Positions 48,057 to 57,032 of a DNA stretch of 64,000 bases are shown here, one piece after another. Where the stretch lies: positions 96,001 through 160,000 of IMG/VR virus record IMGVR_UViG_3300032156_000001; one strand, 5' to 3'. The position numbers were made by a program, and so were the translations under genes. Position 1 is the first letter of the stretch; each line of letters opens with the position of its first letter. The stretch is from a virus. Under the pieces are notes generated by a model, which saw nothing but the letters and a program-made list of their open reading frames with translations, searched no databases and was not told the DNA's origin.

Positions 48057-49127
48057 GTGCGAACGTTGATAGAGAACCCCGGCCACAGGCGGCTGTTCGG
48101 CTACGTGCCGCCACACGGCGTTTTCCTTGCGAGGCACGGGCACGTCGTCATAGACGGGGACCTGCGGACGGTGTTGGCCGGCGGCAAGCGCTATTCGCGC
48201 GGCCGCGAGTTGGCCGCGCTGCGCGGCGATGAGGAAGCCGGGCAGGTCCGGTTGGACAAGGAACCGGATCCCAGCACGTCGTCTTCGTCTTCGCCGTCCT
48301 TCAGCCCGCGCGACCTGCCGGGGATAGTGGCATGGTACGACGCCCTGCAGCTGACCAGGGGCCGTGGGTCGCCGCCATCGGAATCCTCGAGCTCCAGCCC
48401 CAGCTCGTCCGAGAGCTCCGGCTCCAGCGAAGAGCCGGTCTACGTACCTGTTTGGCCTGAGTTGATCCACGGGCGCGACGCCGAAGCCCCGATGGATCTT
48501 TCGCATCAGCCGATCTACGTGCCGGACGGGATCAATGGGCAGCCCGTCATCGCGTTCTCGAACGACCGCTGGTTCACGGTGCCGTACGCGGCCGCGCTGA
48601 ATCCCGCCGCGCTCAGTCTGTTCGCCGTGGTGAAGAAGACGCGGGGCGGCGACACGTGGGACGTCTGGTACAGCGAGAACAGCGGCGGCTATGACCTGTT
48701 CATCGACTATCCAAGGGCGATAAAGGCGAGGCAGCTGAAGCGTGGCCGCGTGAGGCACCGCGACAGGAAGCCGCCGACGGAGAGGCTCCCGTCTGCGCCG
48801 TCCGTTTGCGCCCAAGTGCGCGTGGGCGACGAATGGATAGAAATGTCATACGAAACGATCGAGACCGACCCGACCGTCATCGGCATGACCATCGACGCCG
48901 TCAATCCCATGGTGATCATCTGGGCGAAGTACCACGGATTGTCCTTCCTGCTCGACGCGCCGTACACGCCCAACGACAGCGACGACGTGTGGATCGGCGG
49001 ATACGGCAACTCCGGCGACCCGGGCTTGTACATCGGCGAGATCGTCCTCACGGAAGGCGTCATGGCGCCCGCCGACCGCGCCAACCTGCACGAATACTTC
49101 AAGGCGAAGTGGGGGCTGGTCTGGTAA
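48057..49127 (+). CDS. PPHG-domain + Ser linker + LamG/concanavalin-like domain protein (putative head appendage)
   Basis: FGYVPPHG...IDGDLRTVLA; AWYDA, GING.PVIAF, IGEIVL...YFKAKWG. Confidence 0.7.
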   Translation: MRTLIENPGHRRLFGYVPPHGVFLARHGHVVIDGDLRTVLAGGKRYSRGRELAALRGDEEAGQVRLDKEPDPSTSSSSSPSFSPRDLPGIVAWYDALQLTRGRGSPPSESSSSSPSSSESSGSSEEPVYVPVWPELIHGRDAEAPMDLSHQPIYVPDGINGQPVIAFSNDRWFTVPYAAALNPAALSLFAVVKKTRGGDTWDVWYSENSGGYDLFIDYPRAIKARQLKRGRVRHRDRKPPTERLPSAPSVCAQVRVGDEWIEMSYETIETDPTVIGMTIDAVNPMVIIWAKYHGLSFLLDAPYTPNDSDDVWIGGYGNSGDPGLYIGEIVLTEGVMAPADRANLHEYFKAKWGLVW

Positions 49128-49145
49128 GACGACCCGGGAGACTGC

Positions 49146-50153
49146 GTGAAAACCCAGTTCGCCAATCTTACCGGTCACAGCAGGTTCTTCGGTTACGTGG
49201 GGCCGCACGGCGGCACTGTGCCGCGCCGCAGGCGCAGGGAGCTTGACGGCGACCTGCGAACGGTGCTGGCCGGCGGCATGGGCAAGCGCTTCTCCAGGCA
49301 GCGTGAAATGGCCGCCATGACCGCCGCGGACGACGCCGGCCAGATCGGGCTGGTCGAGACGACCGATTACAGGTTCAGCCCGCGACACCTGACGGGGATA
49401 AGGGCGTGGTTCGACGCGACGCAGATGGGTCCCGTCAGTCCCGGCACGATCTACAGGTGGCCCGATCTGATAGCCAACAACGACGCCGTCGCCTTCGAGA
49501 GGGATCTGGCGCCGGCTTACGAACCGGCCGGGATCAACGGGTTGCCGGTCGTGGCGTTCGCGGGGGACGAGGGCCTCGTCATACCGTACTCAGCGTTCAC
49601 GGATCCCGGCGTCTTGAGCCTGTTCATAGTAGTGAAGATCGAGGATCTCAACGACGCCTGGGCTTTGTGGTACAGCGAGGGCTTCGACGGCGGGTACTAC
49701 TTGCAGATCAACAACCCCAGGAGCATGAAGGGCCGCGCGCCGGAACGGGGGCCGCGCAGCAGGCAAACGGAAGACAACCTGGGGCCAAGGCCGAGAGGAG
49801 CCGGCGGCTGCGTCAAGACCCAACTCTTCGTCGGTTCCACCTGGGTCGGGAACTCCAACTGGGGCGTCACGGCGCCGCCGGTGAACCTGGTCGCGCTGAC
49901 GATAGGCCCCGTCGACGGCGGCAGGACGCCGTGGTCCCTCAAGGTCAACAACGAAACCGTGTCGGGCACGCCCAGCGGCGCGTACGTGTCGGCGGGCGCC
50001 GGCGGCGACATCTGGCTGGCTGGCTGGGGCTCTCCGGCCGATCCGCTGCACAAGCTGAGGATCGGCGAGATGGTGCTCGTAGGCGGCATCCTTAGCGACG
50101 ACGATCTCGCCGCGCTCCGCGCGTATTTCAGCGCGAAATGGGGCACCGTCTGA
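49146..50153 (+). CDS. PPHG-domain + LamG-like domain protein, paralog of 48057
   Basis: FGYVGPHG...LDGDLRTVLA; AWFDA, GINGLPVVAF, IGEMVL...YFSAKWG. Confidence 0.7.
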   Translation: MKTQFANLTGHSRFFGYVGPHGGTVPRRRRRELDGDLRTVLAGGMGKRFSRQREMAAMTAADDAGQIGLVETTDYRFSPRHLTGIRAWFDATQMGPVSPGTIYRWPDLIANNDAVAFERDLAPAYEPAGINGLPVVAFAGDEGLVIPYSAFTDPGVLSLFIVVKIEDLNDAWALWYSEGFDGGYYLQINNPRSMKGRAPERGPRSRQTEDNLGPRPRGAGGCVKTQLFVGSTWVGNSNWGVTAPPVNLVALTIGPVDGGRTPWSLKVNNETVSGTPSGAYVSAGAGGDIWLAGWGSPADPLHKLRIGEMVLVGGILSDDDLAALRAYFSAKWGTV

Positions 50154-50165
50154 CGAAAGGCAAGC

Positions 50166-50501
50166 GTGAGAACGCGGCTTACTAATCTCGCCAGGCAAGC
50201 CACTGCTTCGCCTCTGGGAACCGCGCCGCTGGTAGTCGGGTTCACTTTCGGCGCTCCCTCCATGTCGGCCTGGCTGAACTATGTTCCTGCCTCGGACGCC
50301 GCAGAGTCGTACTCGCAGGGGTCGGACCACGACACCGTCATTTGCGGCGACGGATATGCGGCCTTGACGGAGCGATTCCGCATCAGCGAGATCGTATTCG
50401 TCGGCAATGTGCTTGACGCTTCCGATCGCACCAAGCTGCTGAATTATCTGTGCGACAAGTGGGCCCTTGATACTTCCAGTAGTTCTAGCCCGTCCGCCTG
50501 A
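50166..50501 (+). CDS. Short paralog (possibly a remnant) carrying the C-terminal part of the LamG-like domain and a Ser tail
   Basis: ISEIVFV...LLNYLCDKWAL; atypical codon usage. Confidence 0.5.
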   Translation: MRTRLTNLARQATASPLGTAPLVVGFTFGAPSMSAWLNYVPASDAAESYSQGSDHDTVICGDGYAALTERFRISEIVFVGNVLDASDRTKLLNYLCDKWALDTSSSSSPSA

Positions 50502-50514
50502 AAGCAGCCTTCGG

Positions 50515-50548
50515 TTGCGCCGGCGTGCGCCGTGTCGTATCGTATACT
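50515..50548 (+). promoter_or_regulatory. Possible sigma70-like promoter
   Basis: TTGCGC-N17-TATCGT overlapping TATACT; GGAGG RBS before ATG 50569. Confidence 0.4.
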
Positions 50549-50568
50549 GGGACGCGGAGGAAGCGCCG

Positions 50569-51480
50569 ATGCCGTTAGCCAACGACTGCCTTGACCACAT
50601 CAGCTCCTGTGCCAACAGGCTGTGGTCGCTGACCGTCGGCCAGCAGACCAACGACGAGTTCCCGATCATGCTCAAGGACCCGCTGACTGGCGACGCGGTG
50701 GACCTGACGAAGTACGACATCCCGCCCGAATCGTCGTCCTCCTCGTCCTCGTCTTCTTCATCCTCCGGGGCGGCAGGCAAGCACGGCGTGGAGATCACCG
50801 TCTGCGGCAACGTGAAGTTCCGCCTGCCGCCGTTCTACCACCAGAAGATGGCCGTCGTGCACGGCCGCGAGGAGGCGGAACAGGGGAAGGTCTGGCTGGA
50901 GGTGGACGGCAATTTCTCCGACTACGCCGGGATCTGGTACGCCCAGGCGACCGTCTACCAGCGCGGCGTCAGCCGCAAGCTGCTGCCGTTCTACTACGAG
51001 GTGATGACGAACATCGCGGTGCGGCCGCCGCCCAACCAGCCGAACGACCCGGTCACGTCGGTGGAGATCAGGACCAAGATGCGCGACATGTGCCCGGAGA
51101 TGAACTTCCTGATCGACAGGCAGGAGATCGCCCAGGAAGAGATCATGTGGGCGATCCTGCACAACGTCGAGATATGGAACGAGGCGCTGCCCCCGGTGGC
51201 GCAGTACATGAACGCGCTGATCTTCCCGTTCAAGGGCCAGCTGTCGGAGGGCGTCGTGGGCGAGCTGATGATGCTCGTGGCGCGGTGGATGCGGCGCAAC
51301 GACCTCGACTACGCGGCGGCGGGGCTGGAAGTGGGCGACACGAAGAAGTGGCCGGCGTACATGCAGATCGGCGGCCAGATGCACGCCGACTGGAAGAAGT
51401 TCATCACCGAGAAGAAGAAGCAGATCAACCTCGAGGGGGCCTACGGCCGCATAGGCGGCTGGCCGAGCTGGTGGTTCTAG
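50569..51480 (+). CDS. Putative head-tail adaptor/neck protein with poly-Ser tract
   Basis: GGAGG RBS; position between head and tail genes; helical C-terminal domain. Confidence 0.55.
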   Translation: MPLANDCLDHISSCANRLWSLTVGQQTNDEFPIMLKDPLTGDAVDLTKYDIPPESSSSSSSSSSSSGAAGKHGVEITVCGNVKFRLPPFYHQKMAVVHGREEAEQGKVWLEVDGNFSDYAGIWYAQATVYQRGVSRKLLPFYYEVMTNIAVRPPPNQPNDPVTSVEIRTKMRDMCPEMNFLIDRQEIAQEEIMWAILHNVEIWNEALPPVAQYMNALIFPFKGQLSEGVVGELMMLVARWMRRNDLDYAAAGLEVGDTKKWPAYMQIGGQMHADWKKFITEKKKQINLEGAYGRIGGWPSWWF

Positions 51481-51488
51481 GAGGACGG

Positions 51489-51782
51489 ATGGAACCGCTG
51501 GAATTCCTGGTGGGCCAGGCGACGAAGCGGGCCGCGATGGTGCTGCAACGGTCGCTGACGCCGGCAGGCGTGACCGGCTGGCGCCCACCGCCGAAGCCGA
51601 TCGCGCCGCCGTCGTTCCTGGGCGGGCAGCTGCGACGGACGCGGTTCGGGCCGGCCGCGATGGCGGGCCTGGGCCTGGGCGGGCTGGGCATCGCGCTGCC
51701 GACGATCCTGCAGGGGATCAGGGGCTTCAAGGACATGCTTGAGGGCCGGCGGTCGCTGGACCAGGCGTCGGCGGGCCGCTGA
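51489..51782 (+). CDS. Small membrane-like protein (97 aa)
   Basis: GGAGG RBS; AAMAGLGLGGLGIALP hydrophobic segment. Confidence 0.6.
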   Translation: MEPLEFLVGQATKRAAMVLQRSLTPAGVTGWRPPPKPIAPPSFLGGQLRRTRFGPAAMAGLGLGGLGIALPTILQGIRGFKDMLEGRRSLDQASAGR

Positions 51783-51784
51783 GT

Positions 51785-51802
51785 TTTCCAAGGCCTTGGA
51801 AA
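51785..51802. repeat. Palindrome TTTCCAAGGCCTTGGAAA (copy 4)
   Basis: Read directly; intergenic, right after the stop at 51782. Confidence 0.9.
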
Positions 51803-51814
51803 CTGGAGCTTCGG

Positions 51815-52819
51815 ATGGCAAACCCGGCGATGCTTCCCGCCACGACGCCGAGCGCCATCTTCGACCCCAGGGACGCCCGGAAGCTGGACTGCACGTGCTT
51901 CAAGCGCGTGCAGATCCTGGCGCAGCCGCTGGGAGGCCATCTGGCCGCCTGGGAGCTCCAGACCGGCTTCCGCGGCAAGGGCGCGTTCCACTTCTACGTC
52001 GACTTCGGCAGGCCGGGCACCAACGAATGGGAGTGCCTGAACACGGTCCCCATCGTGGACAGCTGCCTGTTCATGGACCCGCTTCAGCGTCACTGGGACC
52101 ACCTGGCCGATTGGTACTACAGGGTCAGGCTGGCGCTGCCGGAGGACGTCGACCCGGCGACGGGCCAATGCAGGCTGTACGCCTCGCAGCCGCAGCAGGC
52201 CAACGGCATCCTGAACAAGAAGGACTGGCTGCTGGCCAGGGAGATCTGCCGGAAGGAGTACCTGTACCAGCGCAAGCGCGTGAACATGACGGCGGTGGGC
52301 TGGCTGCTCAAGCGGAAGCGGTGGGGGACGGGCTGCCCGCAGTGCCTCGACTACGACAGCGGCGAGGTCAAGAGCGTCGACTGCCCGGTCTGCTACGGGA
52401 CCGGCTTCGTGGGCGGGTACTTCCCGGCGGTGGACTTCATCTTCACGCTCGTGAACGCGCCGTGGCCGCGGGAGTTCAAGTGGGACGAAACGGTCTCGCG
52501 CAAGAACGACATCGCGAGGCAGGGGCGGGCCGTGGCGTACCCGTACCTCGACACCAACGACGTCTACGTCCGCCAGGACACCGGCGAGCGCTTCTTCGTG
52601 AACCAGATACAGACCGCCGCCGAGGTGGGCGGCGTCCCCGTCGTGGTGCTGGCGGAGCTGCGGCTGGCGCCCGTGACGCATGTCATCTACAAGATACCGC
52701 TGGCGGCGCCGAGCTCGTCCAGCTCGTCGAAGAGCGGCCCGAGCTCCAGCCCCAGTTCCAGCAGCGTCCCGCCGTGCGACTGGCGGGTCGGCCTGAACGG
52801 CGACGAGGAGAACTGGTAG
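51815..52819 (+). CDS. Putative neck/head-closure protein with Zn finger and Ser tract
   Basis: GTGCPQC...DCPVCYGTGFVGGY motif; position in the neck region. Confidence 0.55.
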   Translation: MANPAMLPATTPSAIFDPRDARKLDCTCFKRVQILAQPLGGHLAAWELQTGFRGKGAFHFYVDFGRPGTNEWECLNTVPIVDSCLFMDPLQRHWDHLADWYYRVRLALPEDVDPATGQCRLYASQPQQANGILNKKDWLLAREICRKEYLYQRKRVNMTAVGWLLKRKRWGTGCPQCLDYDSGEVKSVDCPVCYGTGFVGGYFPAVDFIFTLVNAPWPREFKWDETVSRKNDIARQGRAVAYPYLDTNDVYVRQDTGERFFVNQIQTAAEVGGVPVVVLAELRLAPVTHVIYKIPLAAPSSSSSSKSGPSSSPSSSSVPPCDWRVGLNGDEENW

Positions 52820-52928
52820 ATGGACATGAAACCGCCAGCCGGGTATAAGGAACGGAGTCCCGTGCCGGCCAAGCTGGTAGGCAGGCTCAACATGCGGACT
52901 TGGGAGCCCGATTTCGAGGACGTGGTGC

Positions 52929-53642
52929 ATGGCATTGCCCCCCGTCGACAACAGAACGACGGCCGTCGGCCTGGAGCCGGCCAGCAGCCTTTGCAGCACC
53001 GGCCCGTTCGCTAACGTCCTCACGGGGGCGTTCCTGCGGACCCTCCAGGAGCACTTCTCCGACGCGAGCAATCTCGCCTACAACGGCGAGAACATGGATC
53101 TTGTCTCCTCGCGCGGGCAGGAGACGCCGGGCAGGCAGCTTCAGGAGTACATCTGGAAGCCCGACAACACGGAGACGAAGATCCAGATCCAGCCGGTCTG
53201 GAAGTACAACACCGAGGACGTCCAGCGCAGGCCCGCGTTCTACGTGAAGCGCAACAAATGGCAGGTCGCCCCGCAGGAGGCGATCGACTACGGCATGACC
53301 ACCAGCGCCGCGAAGACCGGGGCGATCGTGCAGGGGCAGTTCCAGACCCACGCCATGATAGGCAGCCATTCCATCTTCGCCGTCGGACAAAGCGGGGCGG
53401 AGGTTGAGCTTCTGGCCTCCGAGGCGTATGATCTGTTCATGAGCTTCCGGTCGGCCATACGGGAGGACCTGAAGCTGCACAAGTTCGCCGTCCTGGAAGT
53501 GGAGGCGGCGCAGTTGCTGGACGAGCACGTGGAGGCGTGGGTGGTGCCGGTGGTGCTCGGCTACGCCTTCTACAGGGCTTGGCGCGTGGACAGGGTCGCG
53601 CCGTGGTTGAAGGGCGCGTCCATCGACTTGAGATCGGGATGA
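52929..53642 (+). CDS. Putative tail completion/terminator protein
   Basis: Directly upstream of the sheath gene; start uncertain. Confidence 0.5.
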   Translation: MALPPVDNRTTAVGLEPASSLCSTGPFANVLTGAFLRTLQEHFSDASNLAYNGENMDLVSSRGQETPGRQLQEYIWKPDNTETKIQIQPVWKYNTEDVQRRPAFYVKRNKWQVAPQEAIDYGMTTSAAKTGAIVQGQFQTHAMIGSHSIFAVGQSGAEVELLASEAYDLFMSFRSAIREDLKLHKFAVLEVEAAQLLDEHVEAWVVPVVLGYAFYRAWRVDRVAPWLKGASIDLRSG

Positions 53643-53655
53643 AGGAGAACGGGCG

Positions 53656-56463
53656 ATGACTTACGTGCTTCCGCAGGTCCTGGTCCATCAGGAGTTCGCC
53701 GCCGCCCCCGCCGCGCTGGTCCAGCCGCTCAACGCGTGCATCATCGGGCCGCAGTACGACCTGCACCGGTACGCCGACGCGGACGAGAAGGCGCTCATCA
53801 AGGTGACGGACCAGTACGACCCGCTGAGCGACACCTGCTTCCCCTGGCCGGGCAGGCCGGCGGGCGGCGTGGTGGACCCGGACTACACGCGGGTCTTCAT
53901 GGACGACGCCTGGCTGGAGATGTACCACGAACCGGCCGGCGGCCCCGGCGGGCCCGTCCTGGCCGTCTCCGGGTACAGGAACAGGATCCGCGCGGAGAAC
54001 ATCGTCTTCGCCACGGCGAACGGATACGCCAGGTCGGCCGGTCTCCTCAGGGACATCCGGGCCGGCGACGGCGTCAAGGTGTTCGCGAACGCCTGCGGCG
54101 GCGTGTACGAGCTCAGGACCACGGTCCTCGGCCTCGTCGCCGACGTGGTCCCCGCGGTCATCGGAACGGCCGAGGCTGACGACGGCAACCACGACGCCAC
54201 CATCGTCGGCGTCACGATCGCCAACGCCGGCCAGCCAATCTCCGGCACGGTCAACAACGTGCTGCTGTCGGCCGGCGACGCGTCGAGCTACGACGGGATG
54301 GCCGACGGTAATCCCGATGAGACGTACGACATCGAGGTCCTGGTGGCCGGCGGCGAGAACGAGGCCGTCTTCCGCGTCACCTCCGCTTCCGGCAACGACG
54401 ACGACGCCTCCGTGGCGTTCAACGTGGCGTTCGGCGCCCCGATCGCCGTCGGCGCCCGCGGCTTGACCTGCACCTTCATCACGCGCGGGCCGGACGAGTT
54501 CGTCGTCGGCCAGGTGTTCAGGATCCAGGCGCGGCAGAACTTCACCCCGGCGACGTACGCGTCGGGCGGCACGTACACCGGCGAGTACGACACCACCTAT
54601 ATCGTCAGGGTGTCGCTCGGCGGCGCCTTCACTGACCCGGTCCAGCCGCAGATCACCGTGACGACCACGACGGGCGTGGACGTGTCCGGCCCGACGACCG
54701 TGACGGCCAGCGGCCTGGCGGTGCCGGTGGGCAACTACGGCGCGACCATCGCGTTCACGGGGCTGGCGCTGTGCAAGGGCGACCAGTACACGATCGTCGT
54801 GACGGCGGTCGCCGACGGCCCGGTCAAGACGCTCGTGCTGGCCAACAACCTGCCCGACGAGCTGCGGGGGATATGCGGGACCCGCGGCATCAGGGGGCCG
54901 TCCTCCTCGTCTTCATCCTCGAGCAGCTCCAGCAGCTCGGGCGCGCCGCCCGACCTGGACCTGACGCTGTACATGATCAAGGACATCGAGGTCCCGCAGG
55001 CCAAGTCGCCCGGCGCGCAGAACTGGACGCAGAGCGCGACCGAGATCTGCCTCAAGGCCGGCATCCAGGGCTACGACGCGGAGTGGGTCAGCGGCGGCGT
55101 CATGCAGGCCATGGACGTGGAGTACGGCGTGGTCTACGTGCAGCACCGCGACCAGCTGCCGACATGGTGCGCCACGGTGGGCACGGTGTCGGACGTGTCC
55201 GAGGTCCCGGCCGCCCTGGGCACCGTGGATCCCGACAACCCCCTGGCGTTCGGCGTGTACAAGGCGCTCGAGAACGCCGCCGGCGAGGACGTGAAGTACG
55301 TCGCCATCTGCGGCGACCCGGCGGACGTGAACAGCTGGCTGCCGGCGCTGGAGCTGCTGGTGGGCCGCGACGACGTGTACGGCCTGGTGCCGCTGACCCA
55401 GCAGAAGGACATCATGGATGCGGTCCTGGCGCACTGCCTGGCCGAGTCCACCCCGGAGGCGGGCCGCTGGCGGATCTGCTGGCTGAACATGCTGGCCGAG
55501 CAGCCGAAGCCCGTCTACGCGTACGAGTACGGCACGGCCGACCCGCTCCTGGCCACGATCACCGACGACCCGGACACCTCGGGCACCCAGTACACGCTGG
55601 TCGACATAGACGGCGGCAAGCTGGTGACGAAGGGCGTCCGGGCCGGCGACATCCTGCGGGCCGGGTACACCAGCGACGGGTTCGGCAACATCGTCTACGC
55701 GGAGTACGTCATCGACGCGATCCTCAGCGAGGAGTCGTGCCGGCTCGTGTCCGGCCCGGCCGTCGCCGTCACCGTCCCCAGCAAGATAGAGATCTGGCGC
55801 ACGCTGAGCTCGACGGAGCTGTCCGCCGAGTTGGCGGCCTACCCCGGCCTGTTCGGCAGCCGGCGCGCCTACCTGGTCTGGCCGGACGAGTGCGGGAACT
55901 CGGGCGACCGGTTCCCCGGCTACTTCCTCTGCGCGGCGCTGGCCGGCCTGCGGTCGGGCGTGCTGCCGCACCAGGGGCTCACGAACGTCGAGCTCATCGG
56001 CTTCGACGACATGACGGGCTCGATCGGCGACCTGACCGCGGTGCAGATGAGCGTGATGGCTGCGACGGGCTACTGGATCGTCGTCAAGGACCCGAACTCC
56101 GGCGCGATCTACACGCGCCATCAGCTCAGCTGCGGCGACCAGAGCGACGTGAACCAGAAGGAGCAGAACATCACGACCAACCTGGACGACATCTCCTACC
56201 TAGCGCTCGACAGGTTCTCGCCGTTCATCGGCCGCGGCAACGTGACGCCGACGATGATAGACATCGTCCGCGGCGAGTTCATCGCGCTGATGGAGCAGCT
56301 GACCAACACGATCGTGAGCAACCAGCTGGGGCCGCAGATCGTCAGCTACACGATCAAGGAGCTGCGGCAGGACCCGACGTACAAGGACAGGATCGTGGCG
56401 CGCGCGGAGCTGGTGCTGCCGGCCCCGTTTAACGTCCTCGATCTATTTTTGATCGTGAGCTAG
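53656..56463 (+). CDS. Tail sheath protein
   Basis: N-terminal YVLPQVLVHQE; C-terminal TRHQLS...NITTNLDDI...QDP...RIVARAELVLPAPFNVLDLFL; followed by a tube-sized gene. Confidence 0.8.
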   Translation: MTYVLPQVLVHQEFAAAPAALVQPLNACIIGPQYDLHRYADADEKALIKVTDQYDPLSDTCFPWPGRPAGGVVDPDYTRVFMDDAWLEMYHEPAGGPGGPVLAVSGYRNRIRAENIVFATANGYARSAGLLRDIRAGDGVKVFANACGGVYELRTTVLGLVADVVPAVIGTAEADDGNHDATIVGVTIANAGQPISGTVNNVLLSAGDASSYDGMADGNPDETYDIEVLVAGGENEAVFRVTSASGNDDDASVAFNVAFGAPIAVGARGLTCTFITRGPDEFVVGQVFRIQARQNFTPATYASGGTYTGEYDTTYIVRVSLGGAFTDPVQPQITVTTTTGVDVSGPTTVTASGLAVPVGNYGATIAFTGLALCKGDQYTIVVTAVADGPVKTLVLANNLPDELRGICGTRGIRGPSSSSSSSSSSSSSGAPPDLDLTLYMIKDIEVPQAKSPGAQNWTQSATEICLKAGIQGYDAEWVSGGVMQAMDVEYGVVYVQHRDQLPTWCATVGTVSDVSEVPAALGTVDPDNPLAFGVYKALENAAGEDVKYVAICGDPADVNSWLPALELLVGRDDVYGLVPLTQQKDIMDAVLAHCLAESTPEAGRWRICWLNMLAEQPKPVYAYEYGTADPLLATITDDPDTSGTQYTLVDIDGGKLVTKGVRAGDILRAGYTSDGFGNIVYAEYVIDAILSEESCRLVSGPAVAVTVPSKIEIWRTLSSTELSAELAAYPGLFGSRRAYLVWPDECGNSGDRFPGYFLCAALAGLRSGVLPHQGLTNVELIGFDDMTGSIGDLTAVQMSVMAATGYWIVVKDPNSGAIYTRHQLSCGDQSDVNQKEQNITTNLDDISYLALDRFSPFIGRGNVTPTMIDIVRGEFIALMEQLTNTIVSNQLGPQIVSYTIKELRQDPTYKDRIVARAELVLPAPFNVLDLFLIVS

Positions 56464-56524
56464 GACAAGGAGTTATGACTCCTTGACTAGTTGAGAACGG
56501 AAACAGAAACAGGGAGGACGACAC

Positions 56525-56974
56525 ATGGCCCGAGACATCTACAACCGCGAGGTGCAGCTGGGCACCCCGATCGCGGCCGACGCGGTCCGCATGCTGATCC
56601 CTGCCATCGGCAACGAGGATTTCCTCATTCAGAGAGCGCAGATCCAATATAATCAAAACATTTCCCGGTTCTGGGAGGTGGGCTCCCCGAACGTGTACTT
56701 CTTCGCGGGGCGCACGCTCGGCGCGGCGCAGTTCGACCGCGTCGTCGGCGGGAAGGGCATCTCCGGCCAGTTCGTCAAGCAGTTCGGCGACGTGTGCAAC
56801 ATCGCGGGGAACCACCTCACGCTGAACATGATGGCCGGCTGCGCCCCGCCGGAGGACAAGGGCAAGCTCCAGGTGTCCGGCGCGGTAATCAACTCGCTGG
56901 CCTACAGCATCGCCGCGGAGGAGATGGTGATCCACGAGACGGTCGGCATGATGTTCGCCCGCCTCAACATCTAG
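56525..56974 (+). CDS. Putative tail tube protein
   Basis: 149 aa directly after the sheath; beta-rich; GGAGG RBS; hairpin after the stop. Confidence 0.65.
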   Translation: MARDIYNREVQLGTPIAADAVRMLIPAIGNEDFLIQRAQIQYNQNISRFWEVGSPNVYFFAGRTLGAAQFDRVVGGKGISGQFVKQFGDVCNIAGNHLTLNMMAGCAPPEDKGKLQVSGAVINSLAYSIAAEEMVIHETVGMMFARLNI

Positions 56975-56990
56975 CCGCGGTGCCGCGACG

Positions 56991-57009
56991 GGCCGGGCAG
57001 CGCCCGGCC
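56991..57009 (+). terminator. Stem-loop after the tail tube gene
   Basis: GGCCGGGC-AGC-GCCCGGCC; no U-tract. Confidence 0.45.
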
Positions 57010-57032
57010 GGCGAGGGTAGCAGGAGCAGGCC

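Noticed and set aside
52820-53014. 64-aa ORF between the neck and tail-completion genes
   Set aside because: It overlaps 52929..53642 in another frame and has no recognisable motif.
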